Assembly: GCA_964199315.1 (NCBI GenBank)
Contig: OZ116702.1
Location: 32,240,001 to 32,304,000 of the forward strand
DNA: 64,000 nt
Direction of reading: 5' to 3'
From: Orbicella franksi
Taxonomy: Eukaryota
Both the position numbers and the translations under genes were made by a program. Position 1 is the stretch's first letter. Each line of letters starts with the position of its first letter. Positions 23,901-35,207 of this stretch are shown piece by piece. The notes under the pieces are model-generated. The model was not told the DNA's origin. It saw only the letters and a list, made by a program, of their open reading frames with translations, and ran no database searches.

Positions 23901-26900
23901 CTTGAAGTCAAACATGTCTGCACCAACTGAGTGGTCAACGTCAAAAACTGTCAGCATGTCATCCAGAGAATAACACTGAAAATTTAATGGCAAATGTAAT
24001 CATATATTTTATTTTTATTTTTCCCTTGAAAAAGTATGTCATATACTTTTTTAACAAACTAAATGCCTGTCTCTTAGTTAGGTAAAGTTACAAGGTGCTT
24101 AGTTTTATCTCTGGGATTCTGGTGTGTAAAAATCCAGTCAGTAAAGTTTATTCATCATTAACTGTTATCAGGTAAATTATTCTCCAACATAACTTACACT
24201 GCCACTTGCACCATTGATTTCACCATGACCATGATCATCAACTGCACGACGATGGACGCTGTGAGGCGCCCCTGATCCACGCTGCCACAGCAAGTTTGAC
24301 CCAGCTGACCTTCTGCGTCTGTGATCATGGTCATCATGACTGTCGCCCTCGTGACTGTCGCCCTCATGAGATTTCGCAGCATTACCAACGCCAAGAATTT
24401 TCAAAATTTCTTCCAAGTCCTCTTCAGATAGATGCTTTTTATCCTTGAAAAGATCTTTGATAAAGAATTCTCTTGAGGGCAGAGAGGACTCCGTCTCATT
24501 ATGCCCATGTCCTTCCTCAATACAGAATCCTTGCACTAGATGTAGTACAATGCTGGCACAGGCCTGTTCAAACTCTTCTTGATTAAGAGCCTTTTCTTCT
24601 TCTTCGTGATCATGTCCTTCTTCATGACCATGTCCCTCTTCTTCCTCATGATGTTCCTCCTCAAGCTCCTCAAAGATGCTTTCAGCAGAGAAACACTACA
24701 AAAACATAAAAGAATACATTATTAGGCACTTAATGACTGGCCCAAAGGGAAACAGTGAATTTTTTTTCCCTCAGACCCTCAATGTTCCCTGTGGTGAAGC
24801 CGAGGGGAACTCAAAAAACTCCCAACTCAAAACAACTGCGAAAAAATATCTGCTTGACACCAGCTGGCAATGCAAATTGTTTCCAGGTAAATGACCTGAT
24901 CACGTGCAAGTCAAAAGTTGAAGCTGTCGTTTCTCTGGTGAATTGATGAGTTTTGTTCACCCTAGGGAGTTAGTGAGTTTTGACCCATGACGGATGAGAC
25001 AGTCTCCAAAGTTCCTTTAGTTAGTTTTTGATCCATAATGCACAAGGTCTTTAGCGGCCTCCTCTACTTTACATATGGCTAAGATTTTACCCAAAATATC
25101 CTATACCAAGGGCAAGTCTCTACAGCAATATCTGTAGGATTGTTTTGCTCCACCAACAGGTTTTTTTTCTCTTGTAAGGCAAGAGTTGACCACTTGATGA
25201 GAGACAGGTATTTGGTTCTCTATTTTCAAACAAACACGAACCAAATCAGGTGTGAGCACCATAACATTCCTCAGTCTGTATCCCAGCAACTGTAGAACCA
25301 ATTTATCTTCCCCGAAGCCCTACATGCACCAAGGGTGGTTAAGTCACCCTTAACTAACCTCCCTTTTAGTAGATACCTTCAGTTAACAAACTTGTTTTAC
25401 GGGCAGGTGTTGTTTTAAATTTTCTGCAAACATTTAGTTCCATGTGGACCACAGTTAATTGCTTACTGCCCCTGGGTAGAGACATTGACATTGAAAAGAC
25501 AATGAAGAAGGAACATGGACATAATATGACCAATATTTTTTTAGCATAAAAGTTGTTCAAATCAGTCATCAGAAATATGCAAGAGACATGCCAAGTATGT
25601 ACCTTCATTGAAATCAGGCATATTTTGGTGTAGAATTAAATAAGTTTAACTGCCTACATTTAACTTCGGGACTTTTGGCAGTGTTTCAGATAAGAGCTGT
25701 TGAAATATTTCAACAAGCCGCACTTTATGTGCAGAATACTAAATGTCTACTAAATACTTTCTTTCATTGTGGCATTTGCTAGGCCAAGTTTAATTTCTAA
25801 TCATTTGTGTTATTGGGAGACAAAAGTATGTACACAGATTGCCTAATCAAGTCTCCATTTTTCATAGAAACTGCTTATTTCAACTCTTTGTATTCTCTAG
25901 CATTTATTGGTTGAAATAAAATTAACTTAAGTTTTGGTTGAAAGAGATTGGCCAGATGCTTCTGTAGTTCAAAACAGTACACATAACTGTTGCGTCTGAT
26001 CATTACCAGTTTTATCTTAAAAAGCAAGAAAAAAAACTGTCTTGTATTACTTAGACTGCAGATGTTCAACTTATGACTCATCACCATATTTCTGCCAGGT
26101 CACATTAACATATTAATTTTAAGATTTATTTCGTTGAATCCAAGACATTCTGTGGTTTGCTCTCCTATAAAAAAAATTCCCATCTTCAAAACCTAGCAGG
26201 AGCTATAATTTTGCCAACCTTAGTAATATGAATATCTTGACATATAGTAAATGATTTGAACCCATGAAGGAGTATCAACATTGCTGTCAACAATATTTCA
26301 AGAAGACGTCCTAAATATGAAAGTACGTGGTATTCTACTTTTTGACCACTGAAGGCGCAAGCCTCCTAGGGGGGTTCTGGGGATATTCCTCTCCCAGAAA
26401 ATTTTGAAATGTAGATGCTGGAAGATCCTACTTTCAGCATTTCAGTTTAATACAGACAGTATTAAAAACCTCCTCACAAATCTGTCTTGATCCTTTGTCT
26501 ACAACTTTCTGACGCCCACCCTAAAAGTGCTAAAACCTTTCTCAAGGCTAAGACATTGCATCATTAATGACAGATACACATACAAACTTGTTGAGAAGGT
26601 GTAATCAGGAGTGCAGATTTATCGTACAACTTGTCAAGTTTAACAAAAGGTTATTTACCAATGATAATATTTTGATAATAAAATCCCACTCAAAAAGCAT
26701 ATGTTCTACAGCTGTGTAAATTAATGATATATTTCTGTACCTGGATTACAAATGAGTCAGCTTCACTTCAGTTTACAAATATCTCTTATGTTGCATTATT
26801 TTAAGGTTTTGGATGTTCATGTCTTTATCATTTAATTGACAGCATGTAGGCCAGTATATAGATAAATGAAGAGAGAATATGGGAATATAAAGATATGTAG

Positions 26901-28619
26901 ATATATTTAGATAAGGTACTGTTAAGTCGACATTGTAGAGTCCATAGCCGAGTAAATATACAGTGTCCCACTGACTGTCCTTCCACCCCCATAAGACTTT
27001 CCTTCCAGTTTCCTGCTAGTGCGTAACCCCACTCCCCTATCCTTAGCCAAGTTATCCACAGTTATCTATTTCTAGCTTAAGAAGCACATATCTTTTATCT
27101 ATCACTTCTTGGCATGCCAGTAAACTGACACTTACAATAACTCAGACTTATAAATATAGAAGCTGTTGTTTGTGCTCAGTAATCCTGAATCACAAGACAG
27201 CCAACTCAGGCAGCGCCACAAGTTTCGCTTGCAATAATTTGTCAATATTAAAATAACAGACGCAGAATGCAGCCTCAAGTTCATACATTGTAAACGCAGA
27301 CAAAGCAGGGCTAATAATTAAGTTATTTCAAAAGCACCTCTTAAAGTCAGACCACTTTCAAAGCAACTTGCAATTTTTAACGCTTTACCAGTTTACGTGA
27401 TTGCTCCGGACGTAACAAGGGCATAATAATTAAGCTTAAGAACAATGTGAAAACCAGGAGACATGAAAGACTACTGACAACGCTTCCATGAGTCGTTCCG
27501 TACTCGAATTGCAATCACAGAAGACATAGACGTCACAAGAAGATTACGAGCCATTACCCATATCTATGGAGTCATGTGATACACATATTGATAAAAATAT
27601 ATCTGAGGGTTATGGGAAAAAAATTTCGACTCACGAGCGAGTCCAAAGTTTCAAGAATTTAATTATTAAAACAGCATTAAGCTTAAAAGCATAAGCTTTA
27701 TATGTATCATTCGTACATGATTAAAAAATTCAGATCCCTTGAAATCTCTTCATTAATCTTACTTTTTTCTGGGTTAAAAACTGCCCGAGAGTCTCGTTGA
27801 CTTCCTCCAGGATGCGGTCCAGCGCCTCGTGAGTGATATTTCCCTGATCGCCATGTTGACTGAAATTCCTTGCGAACGAGTTGAAAAGTTCGCTTGGGTT
27901 CTTGGGAGAAACCTCACATCGACCAGGGTTCTTTTCAGGCGTTGGGAGCAAGCAGTAAACAATCAAAGGGCTCACTTGAGCGAAGTGTGTGGCGTTTAGA
28001 AGATTTGAAGGTGACGATCCAGCGAAACTGTAGATCTCAGACGAATCAAGGCACTAACAGAGAGAACAAAGACCACAGTGAAGGCAAAATCAAAAGAGAC
28101 CGCGTGTTTGTGGAAGCAGTGAGTGTTGTCGTCGTGCTACGCAGTAAATACCTAGCGATCTTTCAGGGTCAGCTGTCTCCCGCTGTTGATTTTGATGTCC
28201 CTCCTGTTTCGTTTCGAAAGCATGCTTTTTGGAACAAGGAAAATTATATCTAGCGATGGTATGATGTTTGTTGCCCATCGGGGAACGATTTCGCGTACAA
28301 AAGGTCTATTTCAAAGCGCGGTACACTTTGTATAAGCCGCAAGGTTAAAACTGTACTTATTCTATCTATGACACAGCGCAAAAGTGTACTTTACCTTTCT
28401 GTTATCCGTTTTTCCATTGTTATCGGAACAGTTCCAGAATCGAAGCTTGGAAAGGAGTCTTTCAACATCATCAGGCATAAGCGAGTCGCCATTTACAGCT
28501 TCTTGTAGCACTTTAAAACTGTAGTGATCGTGCCCTTGCTTCGGAAGTTCATGCGAAAGTACAAAAGAGTAGAACGAAAAAATCAAGAACAGAAGTAAAG
28601 TTAGTTTCTGGCAACGCAT
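11942..28619 (-). CDS. SLC39A12: LIV-1 subfamily zinc importer, ZIP4/ZIP12-like (SLC39A), 11 coding exons, ~813 aa
   Basis: Exons 28395-28619, 27763-28053, 24198-24695, 23807-23975, 22921-23090, 21971-22171, 18547-18690, 16463-16567, 14016-14322 (or -14325), 12978-13165, 11942-12085; all GT-AG and in phase. Features: signal peptide [22 protein letters not shown]; Cys-paired ectodomain modules like ZIP4/ZIP12 ([18 protein letters not shown]; [26 protein letters not shown]); PAL-like CPAFIQQ; [17 protein letters not shown]; [17 protein letters not shown]; [11 protein letters not shown]; [10 protein letters not shown]. An alternative in-frame ATG lies at 28652. The family is certain; the ZIP12 versus ZIP4 assignment is tentative. 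Confidence 0.92.
12249..12391. repeat. Imperfect inverted repeat (44-bp arms, 4 transition mismatches, 55-nt spacer) in the last ZIP intron
   Basis: 12249-12292 pairs with 12348-12391. Confidence 0.9.
13468..13826. repeat. Interspersed repeat copy A (internally deleted), direct repeat of 16595-17067
   Basis: Shares long stretches with 16595-17067, e.g. AGACCGACTAAGCTC(A/G)GTTAATAA and TTTCAGCCAATCAAATTCATGAATTCAGTAGTTCCCAGTCCTTGTGAG. Confidence 0.85.
15370..16278. mobile_element. Degenerate pogo/Tigger-like non-autonomous DNA element (TA target duplication)
   Basis: TA|CAGTGGAGCCCC...ATGGTTACC at left and GGTGACCATATTAACAAGGTCCCACTG|TA at right. The TIRs are imperfect beyond CAGTGG. Confidence 0.55.
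16595..17067. repeat. Interspersed repeat copy B with internal palindrome
   Basis: Contains TTATTAACC..GGAGAATCTTGACC...GGTCAAGATTCTCC..GGTTAATAA hairpin arms; the remainder matches 13468-13826. Confidence 0.85.
17358..18344. mobile_element. TA-flanked non-autonomous TIR element (Tc1/mariner-like) with internal 11-bp minisatellites
   Basis: 30-bp TIRs C(G/A)GTAC(C/T)(A/G)ATCAGAAGAAA(C/T)CTAACAGGGA with 4 mismatches and TA on both sides. GGAA(C/T)GGATAC arrays lie at ~17400-17495 and ~18130-18290. Confidence 0.75.
22409..22892. repeat. Interspersed repeat with CCAAT boxes, short tandem units and a long hairpin; inverted copy at 43454-43935
   Basis: Near-identical reverse complement of 43454-43935. 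Contains an AAAAGTGTAACACCAGTGC tandem and the palindrome GAGTTTTTCAAAAAGCTGAAATTGCAC...GTGCAATTTCAGCTTTTTGAAAA. Confidence 0.9.
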
Positions 28620-31071
28620 TGTTGGAACGCTGTTTCGAAAACAAGTTAACATCAAGTTAGCGTCAGTCTTTTGTTAAGTGATTGCTGCGTTTTGCTGCGT
28701 AGGATCATTTATAAGACGAAGGTGTTTTATATGTGCGTGTTCAGCCATGACATTGGGGCGAACGCTGATTGGATAACGTGTCAACGCTTTGTATAGGAAC
28801 AGTACACGCTTGTCGTGTATGCTTCACCAAGAGGTTTGACCAAGAGCGTGAATGTCCGATATTTGACGAAAAAAAACACATTTTCCCTAAATTAAACTTC
28901 TTCTTGAACCACATAACACCACTTTAACTGAATTAGAAGAGTCAATTTCTCGTGACCACTGGGCCAGAAAGAGTCAAAATTAGGATTACCGTTCAATTAC
29001 AAATCATCTTCAATTCAATGACATATCTTTGATGCCAAATTCCTCGCTCGCTTACGTGAAAAATAACTTTCCAGTTTCATCAGTTTCGTAAGTCACGCAT
29101 GTATCGAAAAGAAAAGTTTTCTTTTACTACACACGACTGCAAACCAACTAATGGAGATAAAGTGTTGTTGTGAAATGTTGCGCAAAATTCTCGGCATAGT
29201 TCCAAAAACACTATTGTAATTAATTTGCAAGTTTACTCGTTCAGAAATGTCAACTGTTACTCAGTTGTCAAGATTAGAATTTGAGTTGTGTAATCCCTGT
29301 ATCTAAGCTGGTTGACAATTAAAAACTATAAATAAAGTTGTTCTAAAGTTCAAACCAACAGATAAAGAGTGAACTAGAATACCAATGCTTTGTTTCCTTT
29401 ACTTTGTTTCGTGTAGAACGAACTTTATGGAAAATGCACGAAATAGCACGAACTGAAAAGCACTTTTTTATTCAATTCTTCATTGCGATAGATTGCGACA
29501 CGGTAGTGACGCAAGCGCAATAACAATAGTTGCTATGACTTAACACAACAGTACATCTGCGTGGGTGATTTGTTTACAAATTAAATAGTTCATTTCCATA
29601 AAGCACGTTGAAATCCGTAACAAATTCTTGTCAGTTCCATAACGTCTGAACGATCATCTTTTTTCCCGATCAACCCCCAAAGCAAACAAACCAAATGAAA
29701 AGCCCACATCGGATGTTGAAGTTTGAAAACTTTATATGCTATCGGTTCAATTGTCTTTCACGTCACAATATCGGCGTGCCTGACCTGAACAAAAGATTTT
29801 TGTGTGTTCGTTTAGATCATTACTGTCCTCCACTTCCTAGATATTTTCGCTTGCTCGCATTAGATATACTGTCAGTGGAAAAAAATCGATACAGTTTTCA
29901 CCAACTGAAACGATGGACGGAAATATTTCCTTTGTTCTATAGCCTTTTTTTAAACGGGAAATAACGGCGATGCCCGTGTTTCGATATAAAGTCTAATTAA
30001 CTATAATATTATGGCTCACGCGATATCAAGACAGAAATTTAGAGTACAAGATTTGTTCTCTTTCCGGTTTTCCCGCCAAAAATAATTCAAGATGGCGGCG
30101 GTTTCACCATCGATCTATATAGCCCCTTTTCATAAACGGCTGCCAGTTAAAAATTCTTTTGTATCGCTTAACCCTCTTGAGAGTAAAAGTTCTTTTGAAT
30201 TATCAAATCAAAAACGAGTCGGCAGCCACTGATTTGTAAGGGATATTTTTATATATACGCCAAAAATAGAGGGACTGCTCACAGTCTTTGATATTGTAGC
30301 GTGCAAATACAGACTGAAATTTCACTCATCGCTGTTGCCGGTTTCGGTTGCCAAAGCAAGGGAAGGAGAGCTTTAGTATATATTGGTAAACGAGATTATA
30401 TAAAACAAATATTTAGATTACGGAAGGCGAGGATCGACCTTGGTAAACTTTGGACCCGTCAATTTTTTTGTTGTCGTTTCTTTTTTGTTGTACGTTCCGG
30501 ACTGATGAAATAAACTAAAATGTAGCAGGCTTGCATGAGGGCAAACACATAGCTATCGTCACATTTAGTAGCCTTTACCATGAAAGAAACGTATGCCTAT
30601 TGATTGACTTCAGGGGAATGTTGTTTGCAATTTTACTCTCTGTGCTTAGTGCGGGGTGCAGTGTTTACTTGCACCGAAGGTTCAATTTGCACGGTCTTTG
30701 CGAAGTCTAATTATTACCGCTAATCTACGTAACCTATCATCTGGCTATCAAATTGAGTTCAAACATTGAGCTATGCAGACAGACTAAAATAATAATTAAA
30801 GTTTAAAATACATGTCAGTCACTAAAGGCGTGAACTTCTGTCGTCTCCTTATGTCAGACTATTTGAACAATACGAGGATATTGAATGGCTTTCGTAAATT
30901 ATTTCATGTAGCTTTATTCTCACGAAAACTGAGAAGCTATGTAAAATGATTCTGTTGACTATAGAAATACCAAGACGTTGTTGAATCCAAGCTCACTCCG
31001 AAGAAGGAACTTTCCTGGAGAATGTCATGGACAAACGAATCACAGGAGACCAAAGCTCAGAATACGACTGT

Positions 31072-31505
31072 TGATTTAATGTTACGTAACGAGTGCGTTA
31101 TACTGACTTTGACAGGGAAATTCGACATAGAGTGAAATAAAGTTCACTTATACCTCAACGAAGCGTTGTCTTTGTATCTTTTATGCAATTTGGGCGCAAA
31201 CTGTGGGCATTTTAGACGGGTTTCGTGGCCGGAACAACGACCTTGAAAAATTTCGTGTCGAACCTGTTCAATTCATAGACAGAAAAACTGAACCCAATAA
31301 AAACCGGCCAGTATAAAGCCACGAACCCGTGTCTTAACTGGACACGTACACAACTTGCGCCCAAATTGCATCAAACAAACACAAAGATAATGCTGAGGTA
31401 AGTGAGGCTTATTTTTACATTAATTGCTCTATTTTCACGCACATTTGGGACTAAAGAGAATTTCTCATCCAAACTCTTAAAGGTGTTTGTTACGTAACAT
31501 CAAGC
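31072..31505. repeat. Degenerate foldback element
   Basis: GTTACGTAAC at both ends (31081, 31489), plus nested inverted arms ATGCAATTTGGGCGCAA / TTGCGCCCAAATTGCAT and GGGTTTCGTGGC / GCCACGAACCC. Confidence 0.6.
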
Positions 31506-31684
31506 CGTTATTGAATTAAGGGGCGCCGGCCAACGAATAAACAGGCTTAAACGACTGATAAATAAGCAGGCTGATCCAGGTTCCAGGGACCTTTTACCCT
31601 CTTTATACCGAAATAATTTTCAGGAGAGCTCGGAGCTCGGTGAAGGTTTTGCTTTTGTTTTCTTTCTGTTTCCCGAACTATAAC

Positions 31685-31854
31685 CAGTGGCGGATCCAGA
31701 CCTTGAGCTAAGGAGGGTGGGGAGGGGGGGGGGGGGAGGTGGTTTGTTTTACTTGCCCTGTCGGCTTTTCTTCATTCTGTGACTTCTTATTTTTTTTTTA
31801 CCCAAAATAAGGGGGGGCCGGGGCCCCCGGGCACGTCCCCTAGATCCGCCACTG
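31685..31854. mobile_element. Short MITE with 12-bp TIR CAGTGGCGGATC
   Basis: CAGTGGCGGATC...GATCCGCCACTG, flanked by ATAAC on both sides. Confidence 0.8.
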
Positions 31855-34800
31855 ATAACTTTTGACTTTTTTGGAGCAACTTTTGAGCAACGTTTTGGGA
31901 AATCTCGAGCAACTTTTTGGGAACTCTCAAGCAACTTGTGGAAAGCCCTAGCGAAATATTTGTAACGCATTTTGTGACTTTAAATCTCACATATTGTGAA
32001 GAGACGATGACTCGGTCTCTTGTTATTGTAGATTGAGGTCAAGCGGAAAATGAGATGAAGAAGTCCGGCCGTGAGACTTCAATTCCCAGGACAGTGCAGA
32101 AACAAGAAGAGCAACCTGCAATATTTGTGTGTGGAAAAATATTTTGTGTACTTTTCATTAGTACTGCTGTGTTAACGAAAAATCACTGTGCACGATCTTT
32201 ACTTGGCCGCCGATAACCATCCTGCTGTGAGAACCACTGACCTGGGTGCCCTGGTAATCTCTCTGAGCCTTTGTTGTTCAAAGAATAAGTGTAACTCAGA
32301 GTGCCGAGTGCACAACAGTTCCTCTAGTCAGCTGTCTAGTAGATTGGATATTTACTCAACCCTGTAAATGGGACTAAATAAGTCTCTCGTCTGCAGATCG
32401 ACGAGCTGTACATATACAAGTCATGTTCATGTAAAACATTTCAAACAATGTTAGATATTAAATTCGTTAAATGCCAATGATATCAGTAATTAGCTTTTGT
32501 CCTTATCAGTCCAACATTCAAAGTTCAGTTGGCGCCAGTACTTCTACAGCTTCTAAGGCCTTGCACAGAATAATCACCCGATACAACGACCTCCGCTTGA
32601 TCGAACTAGTGGACGTTCCTGTCATATGTTGAATGTTTGATCAAACTTATCGGCACAAAAACATCTTTGCCACACACACGCACACAAGACTGTCAAATTT
32701 TAATAGTCGCAGGGATTGCAGAATGTATAAACAAACAGAAATAATGCAATTTAAACAAACTCAAATTCGTGATATCAGCTCAAGTAAAATGCATTACCTA
32801 TGCAAAACAAAGGAAAACACGCGATAGCAGCATTCATCTCGTATCAGTTGTTTGTTAATTCTTTTTGACATTTTAACCCTGTTGGATTCAATCGAGATTA
32901 TCTACAAAAATATGAAAACAGCATGACTAGCAAAAGATCTACCCGGAAAAATCTTTCAACAGTAAAACTACCGCATACATCTCGATGGAAGGGTTGACAA
33001 AGGAAGACTATTTCCCTGGTCACTGGCGGTTTCGCATTATTTTGCTTGCCGCTAGCTACGCAAGAGAGAGGGCCATTGATGTTTTCTCCCCAACACATCT
33101 CATTTTAATTTCAGCATTCGTTTATCCTTCCGGCTTATTTGGCTATGAAAATATTTTTACAACCTTAGTAGTTCCTTTTCAGAGCAGGACAAATTTCTTA
33201 AGGCACGCTAATGCACGCAAGATTAGCGAAAACTGATAATACTGAAACCGAATAATGGATATAACGGCGGAAATATGATAACACTCGCGATTATGATAAC
33301 ACTAACGCATTTGGGCGGTATTGTCCTGGAGGATAAATGTGTAAGAGGCTCTTAGCTTGAACTCATAAGAAATCCATATCAGGTTGTCGTGGCTGTCACG
33401 GCTGTCGTGGCCTGGTTTGTCACACTGGATTTCTCTCAAATTGGGTTTCCTGTGGGTTCAAAACAGAATTTTGATTTTCTTTATATTTGTTTTCAGTGGG
33501 GGCTATTAAAATAATATTGAACAATAATGGGGAAAACCATGGACAAAGTACGTTGGTTCTTTGTACCTTCCCTCCAGCACGAAAAATGCTTTTTCAGCAA
33601 GAAACTCGACTTGAAGGATCAGAGAATTGAAGCATCGTCATTATTTGAATCTGGAATCTGATGAGCCAGCAGTTTTTCTGAGTAAGGTTATGTAACCTGA
33701 TGACGTCAGCTGACGTTAAAATAACTGATTGGATAATAAAATCAGGAACTCTTCCGGTGCTTTCGGCAAAAATTTGCCGAGAAACGAAACTTAATTGATT
33801 TACCGGTTGTCTCCCGAAGGGCCACCGAGCCTATGGTTCAAAACAGTTATGACAACTTCATTGATTAAATCATTTTATATTTTTCTCCAGCTTCTCAGCG
33901 GTCTCGAATCCTAAATCCTTGAATCTGATTGGCGAATCGCGCGCGCTCCAGCGGTCCGGCCGGAGTTTTCCGTCCTGACCCCGAGTACGGACCGCTCCGA
34001 AATGTCCATGTTAAAGACCTCGGGCACAGTTTTTCTCAATACGGACCGAGCAAGGCCGGCAAACAACATAAATATCAGAACAATCGTTTGTTCTTGTGGG
34101 CTTAATGGCTAATCAGTAGTGTTGTTTGAATGTTTTGTCACGTCATTTAGTACAAAAGAAAAGGTCAGAAAGACACCCGCTTTTGCAATAGCTAAGCAAA
34201 GAGCCAGTCTCTGATTGTATTCATATTCCATTTCAATAAAAAATGGGGTCTCAAGTTCAAAAACCCTGGATTTGTCACTACTGTTATTTTGGATAAAGCT
34301 TGTCTTACCTGTTATTGTTTTTCAATTTCCACCAGTCATTGTTAAAACTAAATTCCATGTTTTGAATGCATTTCTAAACGAATACAAGAGATGCCAACGT
34401 GATAAGCGAATAGGCGATTAATTCTAAGGATTGACATTGAAACACTTGAAACTGAAAGAAGGCCTGAAGCGCCGGTAAAATGAGAGTGGCTTTGGCTTTC
34501 GGGCTGGTGTTTTGCGTCCTAATTTATAACGTTTGTGGTGGTGGTAAAGGTAGGGTGTTTAACTTGAAATCATCGATTTATGTCAGGGACAGTGGTATGT
34601 TTATGAGTGACCTCATGTTAAACAAACCATCTAGCGAGAACCCAAGCTAGTTATATTGTCGTGAGATAGAACAGCATTCCTTTAACATGGAAAAATAATT
34701 GTGTGGTTAATTCAGCCGTCTACATCCTTGATTAAACCCTTACCAAACTGTAGCAATAAATGCCGCTTAGTTAGCTGGTAGTACTTGCCAGTGTTGATCA

Positions 34801-35207
34801 CAAAAATCCTCTTCAAGAAATAATTTGCTACTTATTGCAGCTCGACAAAAAGCGAAAGCGGAAGAAGACTTGTAGAAGATTGCCTTGCAGAACATTTTAA
34901 TAATTTCTGCACCCTGTAGAGTCGGTTACCGTTCGAACATTGTTGCCTTTACGCTCTTTGGTTTTATAAGTTCGCATATTTTATGCATGCCCCGTGCGAA
35001 GAAGATACTCCAGGTGGTTTCTGATATTTTCCGTCATGTTGTTTAAAGCTGCTGGGGGAGAACCTTGGAATAGTTTGCAGCATTTAAGATTCAAGTGAAA
35101 AGGGATTCGAGTCAAAGAGTTTAAAGCAGCCACGCTACTAGACCTTATCCACATGAGTCCTGAATGTCTTCACTCGCTGACGTTACTGTGTGATTTTTTG
35201 CTCCCAG

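Noticed and set aside
30068-30099. E2F-like TTTCCCGCCAAA next to YY1-like CAAGATGGCGGC, suggesting an orphan promoter
   Set aside because: No downstream ORF or exon found. I recall similar motif pairs in common coral repeats.
32975-35012. Candidate signal-peptide or first exons for the His-rich gene (32985 ORF; hydrophobic VVVAVTAVVAWF at ~33383; CRGCHGC frame; 34919-35012)
   Set aside because: None gives ATG, hydrophobic core and a phase-1 donor together. Left unresolved.
28620-35207. TGCRCNC metal-response-element cores (e.g. 32306, ~33211, 34908)
   Set aside because: Scattered and about as frequent as chance predicts for such a short degenerate motif, with no cluster near the ZIP start.
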